Assembly (NCBI GenBank): GCA_040880125.1
Contig: JBBDJB010000025.1
Span: 34,268 to 98,267, forward strand
Source of the DNA: Pirellulales bacterium
GTDB taxonomy: Bacteria; Planctomycetota; Planctomycetia; Pirellulales; JBBDJB01
Reading direction: 5' to 3'
DNA length: 64,000 bases
Shown: in pieces, positions 46,386 to 54,940 of the stretch
How positions within the stretch are numbered: the stretch's first letter is position 1
How the letters are laid out: every line of letters begins with the position of its first letter
Translations under genes and position numbers: made by a program
The notes under the pieces: generated by a model
Told to the model about the DNA's origin: nothing
Databases searched by the model: none
Seen by the model: the letters and a program-made list of their open reading frames with translations, nothing else

Positions 46386-46423
46386 CTGAATTTGCCGGTG
46401 TAGCTAAATCCGTAAGAATTCAG
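46382..46423 (+). repeat. hairpin repeat family C, composite/duplicated copy (gtagctgaatttgccggtgtagctaaatccgtaagaattcag)
   Basis: The stop codon TAG (46383-46385) of the upstream gene lies inside the repeat. Confidence 0.7.
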
Positions 46424-46603
46424 CCCCGCCGTAAGCCCGCTTTAGAGATCGCACCCGCGCGCAACTCCTAACTTCGCCGTCGCCCAATCGCGCGAGTGAG
46501 CTCAGCACGTTTCGACGCAGCTCCCGCCCGGGTATAATGTTGCCACGTGCCAACTCACCTGCCCGGAACCTGATTCCCCCACATGATCCGCGAGGAGCCT
46601 GCC

Positions 46604-47863
46604 ATGCGCGCGGCGCTGCTGCTTGCCCTGCTGATACTTCCCGCCCCCGTCTTTGCCGGCGACGCCTGGCCTCAGTTCCGCGGGCCCGCCGGCGACGGGA
46701 CGTCCGACTCTACCCGGCTGCCGGTGACCTGGAGCGAAACGGAAAACGTCATCTGGAAGACGCCCATCCACGGCCGCGGCTGGTCGTCGCCGGTCATCTG
46801 GGGCGATCAAATCTGGATGACCACCGCCACCGAAGACGGCAAGCAAATGTTCGCCGTATGCGTCGACCGCCAGACGGGCCGCATCCTTCATGACATCAAG
46901 CTGTTCGACGTCGAAAACCCCCGCGAAATCCACCAGCTCAATAGCTACGCGTCGCCCACGCCGGTCATTGAGGAAGGCCGCGTCTATATCCACTTCGGCA
47001 GCTACGGAACTGCCTGTCTGGGTACGACGAGCGGCGAAGTCCTATGGTCGCGCCGCGATTTGCCGTGCGACCACTTCCGCGGGCCGGGCTCGTCGCCCAT
47101 CCTGTTTGAAGACACGATGATCGTCCACTACGACGGCTTCGACTACCAGTATGTCGTCGCGCTCGATAAGCAGACTGGCGAAACGGTGTGGAAGCGCGAC
47201 CGCGACATCGAGTACGGCACCGACAACGGCGACTTCATGAAGGCCTACTCGACCCCGCAAATCATCGAGGCGGCCGGCAAGCTACAGATGATCAGCGCCA
47301 CCTCGAAGGCGGCCATCAGCTACGACCCCCGTACCGGCGAGGAGATCTGGCGGATTCATTACCCCGAATTCTCGGCCACCGCGCGGCCGCTGTTCGGTGA
47401 GGGGCTCGTGTTCATCAACACAGGCTTCGGCAAGGCCGATCTGTACGCCGTGCGGCCGGACGGCACGGGCGACGTGACCGACAGCCACGTCGCCTGGGTG
47501 TGCAAGCGCAGTGTTCCCTCGAAGCCCTCGCAGTTGCTCGTCGACGGCCTGCTATACATGGTGCACGACGCCGGCGTGGCCAGTTGTCTGGACGCGAAGA
47601 CCGGCGAGAGCGTCTGGACGCAGCGCCTGGGCGGCAACTTTTCGGCCTCGCCGCTGGCTGCCGACGGCAAGCTGTACTTCCTCAGCCACGATGGTGACGT
47701 AACGGTCGTCAAAGCCGGCCGGGACTACCAGGTGCTGGCGATCAACCGGCTGGACGACGGCTTCATGTCCTCGCCCGCAGTCTCCGGCCGCGCGCTGTAC
47801 GTTCGCACGCGCTCGCACGTGTACCGCATCGAGCAGCCTGCCGACGTCGCCTCCGGCGGTTAG
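46604..47863 (+). CDS. PQQ-like/BamB-like beta-propeller repeat protein, exported
   Basis: Starts MRAALLLALLILPAPVFAGDAWPQFRGPAGDG, followed by repeated W/G beta-propeller blades. Confidence 0.8.
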   Translation: MRAALLLALLILPAPVFAGDAWPQFRGPAGDGTSDSTRLPVTWSETENVIWKTPIHGRGWSSPVIWGDQIWMTTATEDGKQMFAVCVDRQTGRILHDIKLFDVENPREIHQLNSYASPTPVIEEGRVYIHFGSYGTACLGTTSGEVLWSRRDLPCDHFRGPGSSPILFEDTMIVHYDGFDYQYVVALDKQTGETVWKRDRDIEYGTDNGDFMKAYSTPQIIEAAGKLQMISATSKAAISYDPRTGEEIWRIHYPEFSATARPLFGEGLVFINTGFGKADLYAVRPDGTGDVTDSHVAWVCKRSVPSKPSQLLVDGLLYMVHDAGVASCLDAKTGESVWTQRLGGNFSASPLAADGKLYFLSHDGDVTVVKAGRDYQVLAINRLDDGFMSSPAVSGRALYVRTRSHVYRIEQPADVASGG

Positions 47864-47902
47864 GAAGCCCTTCAGTATAGAAAGCGACGGCAACCCATTA
47901 GT

Positions 47903-47925
47903 GGCACAGACATTCCTGTCTGTGC
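47903..47925 (+). repeat. hairpin repeat family A copy (ggcacagacattcctgtctgtgc)
   Basis: Perfect copy 40 nt after the stop of the propeller gene, at the left edge of the low-GC sigma/anti-sigma patch. Confidence 0.9.
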
Positions 47926-48232
47926 GCGACAGTGCCACTGTCAGCCCCAAACGGCGGCGGGTGCTTCTGCTGGCCCCTCCGGCAGTGCTTTCCCCAGCCC
48001 TCGTAGGGCGATTCGACATTAGTCACGAATGCCATATGCAAATCTCAAAACAATTAGGGGATTCCATCAGGAGTGGGTCACAACGTGTGTCGGTAATTTT
48101 GTTCCACCGCCGTCTGATACTTGATCTTCCACTCGGTCGATGTGACCGAACGCAATTCGAACTTGCCAGTACGTGACTACGAAAAGGGTTGCCTTTCTTA
48201 CGCATTATCCGTTCAGGAAAAGCCGGTATCGA

Positions 48233-48955
48233 CTAGCCCACGTGCTGCTGCATCAACGCATCAACATCATCTTTCTGCTCGATCGCCACCGGTAGGGATC
48301 CGCGTCCCATAAACGCAAACCAGGTTTTTGCCTGTAGCATCAGTGTGGCGTCCGTTGTGCCTTCCCAGCGATAGCTTTCGATCTTACTCCATCGCAGTAA
48401 ACTCCAATACTGCCACACTCCGTTTTCACAAAATCGCAATCTACCCGTCGATGTAATCATGAAAAACGATGCGAAAGTGAAAAGGAACAGGGAAATCAGA
48501 ATCGCGAATGCATCGGTGGACGCCACGAGCGAGCAAATGGCGCTCATGCAAAGAAAAACCGACATCGTGAGGAACATTTTCCTCGATGGGTGTGGCCCGC
48601 AGTCAAGCAGTAAATAGCCAGCGCGTGTACGCCCCATCAGCATCGAAACGAGAAAGGCTGAGAAAGTGACGGCCCAAACAACGCCAAATGTACCACCCAC
48701 AGCGAAAATCATACTTATGTGAAACAGCTTGCTGATCGCCAGTGAAACTGCACCGACTAACGTGTACATGACCGCAGCGACGATTGCTGCGTTTACCATA
48801 CCGCGTCGGTGCGCGGTTTTCGTCATCACAATCGCTTCAGCCGCTTGAAGGCTGCGCTGAAGCGAATCCTCTGGCATCGGTTCTGAGCGAAATCCATCCA
48901 TCATTGCGCTAAATTCAGAAGACATCTCATTCTCCCATTTCTTGTGTTCGGTCAT
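48233..48955 (-). CDS. membrane protein, probable anti-sigma factor, with a C-terminal bacterial-PH-like domain
   Basis: Its start overlaps the stop of the ECF sigma gene (TGATG). Four TM segments. The C-terminus RLRFCENGVWQYWSLLRWSKIESYRWEG...LMLQAK...LPVAIEQKD looks bPH-like. Low GC. Confidence 0.55.
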   Translation of the reverse strand: MTEHKKWENEMSSEFSAMMDGFRSEPMPEDSLQRSLQAAEAIVMTKTAHRRGMVNAAIVAAVMYTLVGAVSLAISKLFHISMIFAVGGTFGVVWAVTFSAFLVSMLMGRTRAGYLLLDCGPHPSRKMFLTMSVFLCMSAICSLVASTDAFAILISLFLFTFASFFMITSTGRLRFCENGVWQYWSLLRWSKIESYRWEGTTDATLMLQAKTWFAFMGRGSLPVAIEQKDDVDALMQQHVG

Positions 48956-49461
48956 CAATCAGACTCCCTGAGTGCGTCGAATACCTCACGCAGTTTCGCT
49001 CGTGCTTTGTGCAGAGCCATTGCGACGGCACCATTGGTAATTTCGAGAGTGCTTGCTATCTCGTCATGAGAAAGTTCTTCGAAGTGCACAAGGCAAAACA
49101 CCGCGGCTTGGCGCGGTGGCAAATCTGCCACGATCGATCGCAAACGGAGCGTCTCTTCGTGGTTGATGACCGTCGCTTCCGGCCCGGCGGCTGGATCCCA
49201 TAGTGATGAGTCCTGTATTGGCGAATTGTCAATCGAGTCGGTGATGCGCCGCTTCCGCAGCAGATCAATCGCCCGAAACGTCACCAATCGGTTCATAAAG
49301 GTTCTTGGGTGCGAGATCTCGCCACGCACAAAAAGTTCATGTGCTTCGATAAAGACTTCTTGCAGTACATCTTCACAATCCTGCGGATGCCGGAGAATTC
49401 GCCACGCCACCCGATACGCTGGTGGCCCATGCTCGCGAACAATTTGATTCCAGTTCGTCAC
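48955..49461 (-). CDS. ECF-type RNA polymerase sigma-70 family factor
   Basis: Region 2 is YRVAWRILRHPQDCEDVLQEVFIEA. Region 4 is PPRQAAVFCLVHFEELSHDEIASTLEITNGAVAMALHKARAKL. Confidence 0.85.
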   Translation of the reverse strand: MTNWNQIVREHGPPAYRVAWRILRHPQDCEDVLQEVFIEAHELFVRGEISHPRTFMNRLVTFRAIDLLRKRRITDSIDNSPIQDSSLWDPAAGPEATVINHEETLRLRSIVADLPPRQAAVFCLVHFEELSHDEIASTLEITNGAVAMALHKARAKLREVFDALRESD

Positions 49462-50064
49462 CGGGGTTCCTCAGTGATTCCTCAGGAAAGACAACAGCTT
49501 CTCCAAAGGATAGCCGTATCTGGAGAGCTTCAGATTTCCACGTGTGTAGGGAATTTCCGAAAATTCTGGAAAGAACGTGATGAGGCGACCAGCCGTTGAA
49601 GTTTGAACAGAATCCCGATGTAGGTGTTTTTCCTTCAATCGGCCGGCACACGACACCGGCTTGGACAACCTCGGAACATTTGGGCGATCAGAGGCGGTTG
49701 GACCATTCCGCCCGCCTTCCTGTTGGCGGTGGTGGAGACCTCCGTAATTGGAGAATCACTTTGACGACGCCAGCGCCCTGGTGATCGAAGCCCCAACCTG
49801 CCAGTCTCGAAAGTACATAATGAGGGCGTGCCCTTGGCGGCGGGAAAGGTTGGGAAGCGGGATATCTCCTTCCCTAAGCGGCTGCCATTCCACTCGCACT
49901 CACCGCGAATCATGCGCCGACCCACTTCCAATTCGGCGCGCGTATTGCCGGAAATCTTCGCTTCCCGGCGGGAAACCGCATATTCTGAGAATCCCAGCGT
50001 TTTTCTTTTGAGAACGAGTCGCCGGGTGCGTCTCATCTTGTGAACCGACTCGGAAAGAAGGCGG

Positions 50065-50580
50065 ATGGCACTGCCGGTCGATAGAAGCCTGGTAGATCGA
50101 TTGGTGGTCGAGCACTTGCCCGCCGGATTGCACTTTGCGCTGCGTTTGACCGGCAACGAGCACTCGGCGGAAGACGTGATGCAGGAGGCGTTGTGCCGTG
50201 TCTTGCGGCAATGGCGTTCCTTTCGCAGCGAGGCGAGCTTCAAGACCTGGTTGTTTCAGATCGTGGTCAACGTGGACCGCGACCGCCGCAGGCGGCGGAC
50301 GTTCGAGACGCTCGACAGGGAGCCCGCCTGTCCGCTTGCAGAACCGGCCGATCGTCTGGCCGTGGACGAGATGGACCATCGGGTTCGCGACGAAATCGGC
50401 CGCCTGCCCGACCGGCAGCGCGAAGTGGCGATTCTGTGTTTGGGTGAAGGAATGCGTGCGGAGGAAGTAGCGACGATCTTGGGAATTACCGAGCCCAACG
50501 TCCATAGCAGTTTGCACTTGGCGCGAAAGCGGATCGCAAAGGCGATCGGGTTCGACTACGCCCCGCAGAAACGATCATGA
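50065..50580 (+). CDS. ECF-type RNA polymerase sigma-70 family factor
   Basis: Region 2 is ALRLTGNEHSAEDVMQEALCRVL...FKTWLFQIVVNV. Region 4 is LPDRQREVAILCLGEGMRAEEVATILGITEPNVHSSLHLARKRI. Confidence 0.85.
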   Translation: MALPVDRSLVDRLVVEHLPAGLHFALRLTGNEHSAEDVMQEALCRVLRQWRSFRSEASFKTWLFQIVVNVDRDRRRRRTFETLDREPACPLAEPADRLAVDEMDHRVRDEIGRLPDRQREVAILCLGEGMRAEEVATILGITEPNVHSSLHLARKRIAKAIGFDYAPQKRS

Positions 50581-51695
50581 ACGAAGACTCGCTCGACAAT
50601 CAGATTCGCGAAGCGCTTCGTGTGGAAGCGAAGACCGAGCAGGTCTCTCGGCTGGAGGCGTTTTGGGAAGCGGAGTTGCATCGCCAGCGGCAGAAGCGGA
50701 CCGTGCGGCGCAGCCTCGCGCTGGCAGCGAGTTTGCTCGTCGCGGTCTCGATCGTCGGCTGGGCTTCCCGGCACGACTTGGGTGGACAAGATGTCGTGGA
50801 GGCGCCGCAGCCAGCAGTCCAGACTGCGCCCCCGGCGATCAGACCCTCGCCCGAGACACCGCAAATCGACGTCGACGTCCCCGCGCCATCGATCGGCCGC
50901 GAGCCGACGGCGCTCGAGCAACTGGTGTTCTACTCGCACTCGCCACGCGGCGTGGACAGGGCGAATGAAAGTCTCGCTTCCGTCGTTGACGACTTGATCG
51001 AACAAGTACAGACCGGCCAGGCGGATCCACAATCGGCTGTTGACGATGCCGCAGTTTCAACGGCGGAAATCGAACGGGAACTGCTGCGTCGGCTCGTGAG
51101 GTCGAAGGACGGCGAGAAGCTTACGCTTATGAAAATACTGGCGGCAGGTGGCAGCATGAAATCGATGCCGGCGCTGTTGCGAGTGAGCCGTAGTGCGGCT
51201 CATCGCGACGAAGCACTGGCGACGATCGAACAAATCGTCGGCCCGGAGGGACTGGCCCGCGTGGTTCGCCAGGCGAGCAATCCGCAGGTGCGAATGATTT
51301 TGATGCAACGGATGCTGGCCGACGGCTCGGACGAATCGGTCGCTGCCTTCTTGTCGCTGGTGCAAGATCCGGCGCGGCGGGCGGAAGCGTTTTCCGCGGC
51401 GGGTAGCGCGAATTCTTTTCCGACCGAAACGCTGTTCGCCTTGCTCCGGAGCGATGACCAGCGGATTCGGCTGTCGGCAGCGCTCGTGCTGGGACACGTG
51501 AACGGTCCGGACATTACTCGGAAGTTAGTTGTGTTGGTGTCTGCCGAGCAGTCCGCGCCAACGGAGGCCTGGATGGCGCTGCTGGCCTGCCGCGGCGAAC
51601 TGGCGGAGAAATTCTTGAACTACGCGACCGGTCGGCCGCAATTGCTCGGCCACGTCAATCAGGCTCGCGTGCAGTGGGCGCGGATGAATCTTTAA
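50577..51695 (+). CDS. probable anti-sigma factor: one TM segment, HEAT/armadillo-like periplasmic repeats
   Basis: ATGA overlap with the sigma gene. The TM segment is LALAASLLVAVSIVGW. The C-terminal half has HEAT-like text (DQRIRLSAALVLGHVNGPDITRKLV). Confidence 0.6.
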   Translation: MNEDSLDNQIREALRVEAKTEQVSRLEAFWEAELHRQRQKRTVRRSLALAASLLVAVSIVGWASRHDLGGQDVVEAPQPAVQTAPPAIRPSPETPQIDVDVPAPSIGREPTALEQLVFYSHSPRGVDRANESLASVVDDLIEQVQTGQADPQSAVDDAAVSTAEIERELLRRLVRSKDGEKLTLMKILAAGGSMKSMPALLRVSRSAAHRDEALATIEQIVGPEGLARVVRQASNPQVRMILMQRMLADGSDESVAAFLSLVQDPARRAEAFSAAGSANSFPTETLFALLRSDDQRIRLSAALVLGHVNGPDITRKLVVLVSAEQSAPTEAWMALLACRGELAEKFLNYATGRPQLLGHVNQARVQWARMNL

Positions 51696-51720
51696 TTCAC
51701 AAACATGGGAGGAACAGGCA

Positions 51721-52878
51721 ATGCGTGCGAACCAATTTATCGTTGTGGCAGCGGCTTTGCTGGCGATGCTCGGCGCGATCGTGAACCCGGCGACGGCTCA
51801 AACGCTACCTGACTTGCAGATTCGCGTATACGACGTCGGCGATTTCGTGATGGAGGTTCGGGACTACGAGTATCCCGGCAGTGACCAGGGTCCCGCCCTA
51901 GGACAGACCGCCCCAGGTTATGGCGGAGCAGGAATGGGAGGAATGGGAGGTGGAATGTTTGCTGTTCCGGCAGAAGCGGGACAGACTCCGATGGGCGGCG
52001 GTGTCGGCGGAATGCCAGCCGCCGCGGCGCCCATCAGCATGGAAGGCCTTACGCGCGTGATCCTGAATGTTGTCGCGCCTGACACTTGGAGTGAAGCGGG
52101 TGGTCACGGGCGGCTCGACAGTTTCGGTTCGTCCCTCATCATCGCACAAACTTCCGAGAACCACGCGCAAATCGAACAACTTCTTGCGCAGCTCCGCAAG
52201 AACCTAGGTGAGCATCGCACCGTGAAGATCGACGCCCGGTGGTTGCCATTGAACTCGGAGATGCTCGGTCAACTTGTTTCCGATAGTGGCGACGGCGCGG
52301 CGGTTAATCGCGAAGCGCTCGAACAGTTCAGTCGACAACCGGGAAGCATTCGGATGCGAACGAGTTGCTTCAGCGGGCAGTTGGTGTACGTGGTCAGCGG
52401 CACGAAGCGCAGCATCGTCTCGGGCTACATGCCCGTGGTGGGAAGTGTCGACGACGGCGCGGACTTGAGGGGGCTGGTATCGACAACGCATAGTGGCCCA
52501 TTTCGCTTTGTCGCCAACCAAACCAGTTCAGCGGTAAATCAGGGCGCCAATGTGGGGTATCATGCGCAAGTTGAAAAACTGAATATCGGCACCTTGCTGG
52601 AAATCCGACCAACGCTGGTGCGCGACACGAACACGGCGGTCGTCGATCTGAGAGCAACGGTCACCGGCTCGGAGAAATCGAACGGCGAAGCCGCAATATC
52701 GGTACGTCCCGGGCCGCCGGAGGTCGATCGGGTGGCAATCCAAACGGAAGAGTTGGCCACCACGTTGCGAGTTCCCCTGGGCGAACCGGTCCTCGTGGGC
52801 GGTATGACCGTTGCGCCGGCGGAACAGGCGGGGGACACCGAGCAATTGCAGCTCTACATGATCTTGGAAGTGCGCTAA
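51721..52878 (+). CDS. exported short secretin-like (GspD/PilQ C-domain-like) protein
   Basis: GGGAGG RBS and signal peptide MRANQFIVVAAALLAMLGAIVNPATAQ. VKIDARWLPL, IGTLLEIRPTLVRDTNTAVVDLRATVT and TTLRVPLGEPVLVGGM follow the secretin-domain pattern. A Gly/Met-rich linker is present. Confidence 0.5.
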   Translation: MRANQFIVVAAALLAMLGAIVNPATAQTLPDLQIRVYDVGDFVMEVRDYEYPGSDQGPALGQTAPGYGGAGMGGMGGGMFAVPAEAGQTPMGGGVGGMPAAAAPISMEGLTRVILNVVAPDTWSEAGGHGRLDSFGSSLIIAQTSENHAQIEQLLAQLRKNLGEHRTVKIDARWLPLNSEMLGQLVSDSGDGAAVNREALEQFSRQPGSIRMRTSCFSGQLVYVVSGTKRSIVSGYMPVVGSVDDGADLRGLVSTTHSGPFRFVANQTSSAVNQGANVGYHAQVEKLNIGTLLEIRPTLVRDTNTAVVDLRATVTGSEKSNGEAAISVRPGPPEVDRVAIQTEELATTLRVPLGEPVLVGGMTVAPAEQAGDTEQLQLYMILEVR

Positions 52879-52947
52879 CGTCTTGCCCGGCCCCAGTGGC
52901 CGGGTTATGTATAGAGGCTCCAGTCACACGCCCAGGAGCCACCATCC

Positions 52948-53850
52948 ATGTCGGAGAAATTCAAGGTCGCGGCCGTTCAGATGGATGTGGCCTTTGCGGC
53001 CGTCGACGAGAACCTCGCCCGGGTGGAAGACAAGCTCGCCGAGGCTGCTCGGCACGGCGCTCACCTGGTGGTGTTTCCCGAGTGCGCCCTGACCGGCTAT
53101 TGCTTCGACGCCTACGAGGAGGCGATGACCGTGGCCGAGCCGATCCCCGGCCCGGCGACCGAGCGCATTACGGCCGCCTGCCGCGCGACCGGCAGCTTCG
53201 CCATCGTCGGCATGCTCGAGGCCGACGGTGAGCGGCTCTTCAACGCCTGCGTGCTGGTGGGGCCCGAGGGCGTAGTCGGCACCTACCGCAAGGTTCACAT
53301 GCCGCGGCTGGGTGTCGACTGGTTGGCCACGCCGGGCGACCGCCCGTTCGAGGTCCATAGCACCGGCCCGCTGCGCGTCGGCATGAACATCTGCTATGAC
53401 GGCTCATTCCCCGAGGCGTCCCGCATCATGGCGCTCGCCGGGGCCGATCTATTGGCGCTGCCGACCAACTGGCCGCCCGCGGCCGAGCACTTCGCTCGGT
53501 ATGTCATTCCCACCCGGGCATTGGAAAACCACGTCTACTCGCTGTCGGCCAACCGCATCGGCACGGAGCGGGGCTTTCGCTTCATCGGGCTGAGCATGAT
53601 CTGCCATCCCACCGGCCGGCCGTTGGCCATGGCCGATCACGACCGCGAGGCGATCCTCTACGCGCAGGTCGATCCGGCGGTCGCCCGCCAGAAGCATCTG
53701 GTGCGCGTGCCCGGCAAGCATGAGATCGACCGCCTGGCCGATCGCCGCCCGGAGATGTATGGCGCGATCACCTCGCCGCACACCGGCGAGGCGGCAGCTC
53801 GCGATACCTCGCAGCCGCATCGCTCGGCGGAGCAGACGGCCGGCTCGTAA
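52948..53850 (+). CDS. carbon-nitrogen hydrolase (nitrilase-superfamily) protein
   Basis: FKVAAVQMD...HLVVFPECALTGY supplies the Glu, YRKVHM the Lys and NICYDGSFPE the Cys of the catalytic triad. Confidence 0.9.
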   Translation: MSEKFKVAAVQMDVAFAAVDENLARVEDKLAEAARHGAHLVVFPECALTGYCFDAYEEAMTVAEPIPGPATERITAACRATGSFAIVGMLEADGERLFNACVLVGPEGVVGTYRKVHMPRLGVDWLATPGDRPFEVHSTGPLRVGMNICYDGSFPEASRIMALAGADLLALPTNWPPAAEHFARYVIPTRALENHVYSLSANRIGTERGFRFIGLSMICHPTGRPLAMADHDREAILYAQVDPAVARQKHLVRVPGKHEIDRLADRRPEMYGAITSPHTGEAAARDTSQPHRSAEQTAGS

Positions 53851-54024
53851 TCGCTCGTCGAAGTATGCCTGTGACGTCGTGAATAACGATGGGAGCAGAT
53901 AAGTCCTTCCAAGCCGAAACTCTAGCGTGACCGCCGAAACGGGCCGGCATACCCTCACTCACCGACGAGACTTTCGGTCAGAGCAACATTGAACGACGTC
54001 GTATAGTGACCCCCGTCAACTGCC

Positions 54025-54438
54025 TCAGGGCACAATCTCCAGACTGCCCGTGGCAGTCTGGAATACGGCGAAATGACGACGGTCAATCGTGAACACACGC
54101 TCGATGGCTTCTCGCTTCGCGAGATGCATCAGGCAGGCATCAGCAAAATCGAACTGCTGGTCGGCGTACTTCGCAAGAATCGACCGAATGGGTTCCGCGT
54201 CGGATTCGGTGAGCGGCAGAATGGTCAACGCGCCAGCGCTTACCCGCTCCAGAAGCCTGTCGACGGCCCCTGGCGAATTCCTGAGGATGAAGGCCGCTTC
54301 CGTGATGACAGGCCAGCAAGTGAAAAGATTTCGCGGAAGCGCCCGTGCCTGCTCAACACAGCGGGTGTGGTACGCATCGCGACCAGAGAGCATTGCGACA
54401 ATCGGACCAGTATCAATCAGCACCGTTTTGGCGATCAC
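54025..54438 (-). CDS. vapC: PIN-domain ribonuclease toxin (VapC-type)
   Basis: VLIDTGPIVAML..., FTCWPVITEA and DFADACLMHLA carry PIN acidic residues. The start (GTG 54438 or GTG 54423) is uncertain. Confidence 0.8.
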   Translation of the reverse strand: MIAKTVLIDTGPIVAMLSGRDAYHTRCVEQARALPRNLFTCWPVITEAAFILRNSPGAVDRLLERVSAGALTILPLTESDAEPIRSILAKYADQQFDFADACLMHLAKREAIERVFTIDRRHFAVFQTATGSLEIVP

Positions 54439-54688
54439 GCCCGAATCCTTCCAGGTAATTCGGGTTGGTGCTGAGGTCGGAAGGAGCGTCCTTCACGATT
54501 CCGATCAGGTCACGCATGGCTTCATAGAACGATCCGCCCGCTTCCCGAGCAACCGGCCTTGAAGGCGGCGAGAGTCTGATCGCGTCCCAAAGAACCTCAT
54601 CCCAGGGCCTCCCGACCTGCTCCGCCTTCAGGGCGATCGCCTCCTTCATCTCGGGGCTGAGTTCGATTTGTTTGGGATCGGTGACCAT
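54413..54688 (-). CDS. antitoxin partner of the PIN toxin
   Basis: 91-aa ORF overlapping the toxin start. The C-terminal DLSTNPNYLEGFGRD motif is typical of small antitoxins paired with PIN genes. Confidence 0.6.
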   Translation of the reverse strand: MVTDPKQIELSPEMKEAIALKAEQVGRPWDEVLWDAIRLSPPSRPVAREAGGSFYEAMRDLIGIVKDAPSDLSTNPNYLEGFGRDRQNGAD

Positions 54689-54940
54689 ATCTGAATTTTA
54701 CCACAAAGGTGAGATAGCTCAGTACCCTTTGGACTGGCACCGTCCGCGGTTTTGGGCTCGTTTCCCACGGGTCGCGCTCCTTCTCGCTGCCCGAACCTAA
54801 CGCCCGCTCCGAGAAAAACTTGGCGTTTCGGTGTGTTTTGGGTATGCTGTCAGACGCCTCAACAGATAATCACTCCTTGATCCGTTCGCCGCATCACGGC
54901 TGATTTGCGGCGCACGCCCCACCACGATAAGGAGCACCGG

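Noticed and set aside
49635-50243. 202-aa minus-strand ORF (and 49900..50517) spanning the spacer between the two ECF modules, plus a 48-aa frame ending ...GHALIMYFRDWQVGASITRALASSK
   Set aside because: It overlaps the well-supported sigma gene at 50065. Its composition is Arg-rich, it has no RBS and I recognised no family motif. The region is left unassigned.
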